Origin: Prorocentrum cordatum
Taxonomy: Eukaryota
Assembly: GCA_963575745.1 (NCBI GenBank)
Contig: CAUYUJ010000226.1
Coordinates: 372,001 to 436,000 of the forward strand
Length of the DNA: 64,000 nt
Direction: 5' to 3'
Part shown: in pieces, positions 62,176 through 64,000 of the stretch
How the letters are laid out: each line of letters begins with the position of its first letter
Position numbering within the stretch: the stretch's first letter is position 1
The notes under the pieces: model-generated
What the model saw: only the letters and a program-made list of their open reading frames with translations
Told to the model about the DNA's origin: nothing
The model's database searches: none
Translations under genes and position numbers: made by a program

Positions 62176-63237
62176 GCGCGGCTGCGCCTCGCTCGAAGCC
62201 CGCGGGGTTGTCCCAACGGCTTGGTCTTGCGCGCCAACGGTTCGCGGGGTTGTCCCGACAGCCTGGCCCGCGGGGTTGTCCCAACGGCTGCGCGACGTGA
62301 CCAGTAGAGAGCGCGCCTGTCCTGGCCGTGGCGGCGACGGCGCCGAGGAACATCGACATGCGCGCTCATGCAACAGGAAGGGGAGGAGGTGGCGGGGCGC
62401 GGAACAAACAGGGGGGCGAGGATGGGGACAACGTAAGGAGTGGAAGGGGGGCCCGCGCCGAGGCGAGAGGAAATATACGCAGAAGAGACAGCCAGGCCGC
62501 CTCACCAACCACGAGGACGACGGTGATGGTTTTTTTCCAGATTCGCCCAGAGGATTCTTATGTGGGGTTCTTCCGTCGGAGTGATTGTCGGAGGTCCGCC
62601 TGTAGGGACACATTCCCAGCCTAAGGATAGGCCCCTCGAATTCCGAGGGCACCAGCCTCTATCCACCCCTGGGGGGGGGTAACTCGGCCAGTGGGGCCTA
62701 GGCCACGCCAGTGGTGACGAACGAGCGGGGGGTAACTCGGCCAGTGGGGCCTAGGCGACGCCAGTGGTGACGAATGAACAACACACACCCACACCCATGG
62801 GGAGGTCGGAGGGAGAAGGACTGGCTGTGGGTGTGGGTGCGGGTTGGGTGTGGGTGCTTGGTGTGATCGCTCGCTACATTCGGGGGAGCGTAAGACCCGG
62901 GTTTGCCGGGACTCGGGTTCGCCATCGTTTTTTGACGACCGCGCCTCGGATTTTGAAGAGGAGGAGTTTCGTGGGATGTCTGCAGCGGGAGGCCTCGTCA
63001 AAATGCAGGCTCGGCCTCGTCATTTTTTTGACGACCTCGTCGGGGATTTCCGAGTCCCCCGTACCCGGGTCTTACGTCTCCCCGATAGATGGGGGAGATG
63101 GATCGGCGAAGCGACGCTCCTCCGTGGGCCTCGGCGCCGGCCTGCAGAGGTCCAGGGGCCCTGCCCCCTCCGCCTCGAGCCGTGGCGGAGCGTCCCGGCC
63201 TGCCCGCAGGCCCACCAAACGGTGCCCTAAGAACCTT

Positions 63238-63409
63238 TCGGGGGTGGACAGAACCCCCAACAGTGACACGTCGACTAGTGAATTGTCCGTTTTCGGTTCT
63301 CGAGAGGGCGCCGTGGCCGTTATTTTCCAGGCCTGCGCCCGCCAGGTTTGGGCCTCAGGTCGTTTTCACTAAACCACGTTTCACTAAAGGGAGGTCTGTC
63401 CATCCCCGA
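63238..63409 (+). mobile_element. Family D ~172-bp element (TCGG...CCGA), TSD ACCTT; copies at 6873-7044 and 38307-38477
   Basis: TIR TCGGGG(G)TGGACAGA/TCTGTCCATCCCCGA; TSD TAGAA at the 38307 copy. Confidence 0.85.
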
Positions 63410-63499
63410 ACCTTCGGGTGGTCTGCACGAAGTGTTCTCAGAACGCCTCTGGCTGAGGCCGTCTTGTTTTGACACATCGGGCCTGTGCTCTCAGAGCAT

Positions 63500-63984
<485 letters not shown>

Positions 63985-64000
63985 ATACAGGCGGGGCAGA

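Overview
GC-rich eukaryotic genomic DNA, not prokaryotic. Tiny exons with AG|G acceptors and GT/GC/GA donors in multi-kb repeat-filled introns suggest a dinoflagellate-like genome (inference). Most long ORFs in the track are artefacts of microsatellites and minisatellites. Supportable content: (1) a long, almost intron-free unknown CDS at 1-3325, open past the left edge; (2) a + strand leucine-rich-repeat gene assembled by hand from phase-compatible micro-exons (~10.2-29.8 kb), plus further candidate exons on both strands; (3) a frameshifted C-terminal fragment of a PIF1/Helitron-type SF1B helicase (61.7-62.2 kb) next to a 160-bp satellite; (4) two TA-flanked MITE families; (5) at least seven apparently unrelated 160-250 bp non-coding element families that start with TC, mostly end in A and carry 5-bp target-site duplications. 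Copies of the orientable families all lie in the same direction, and they nest in other repeats. One family occurs as tandem multimers of a ~114-bp hairpin unit inside a single TSD. All coordinates were read by eye and may be off by a few bases.
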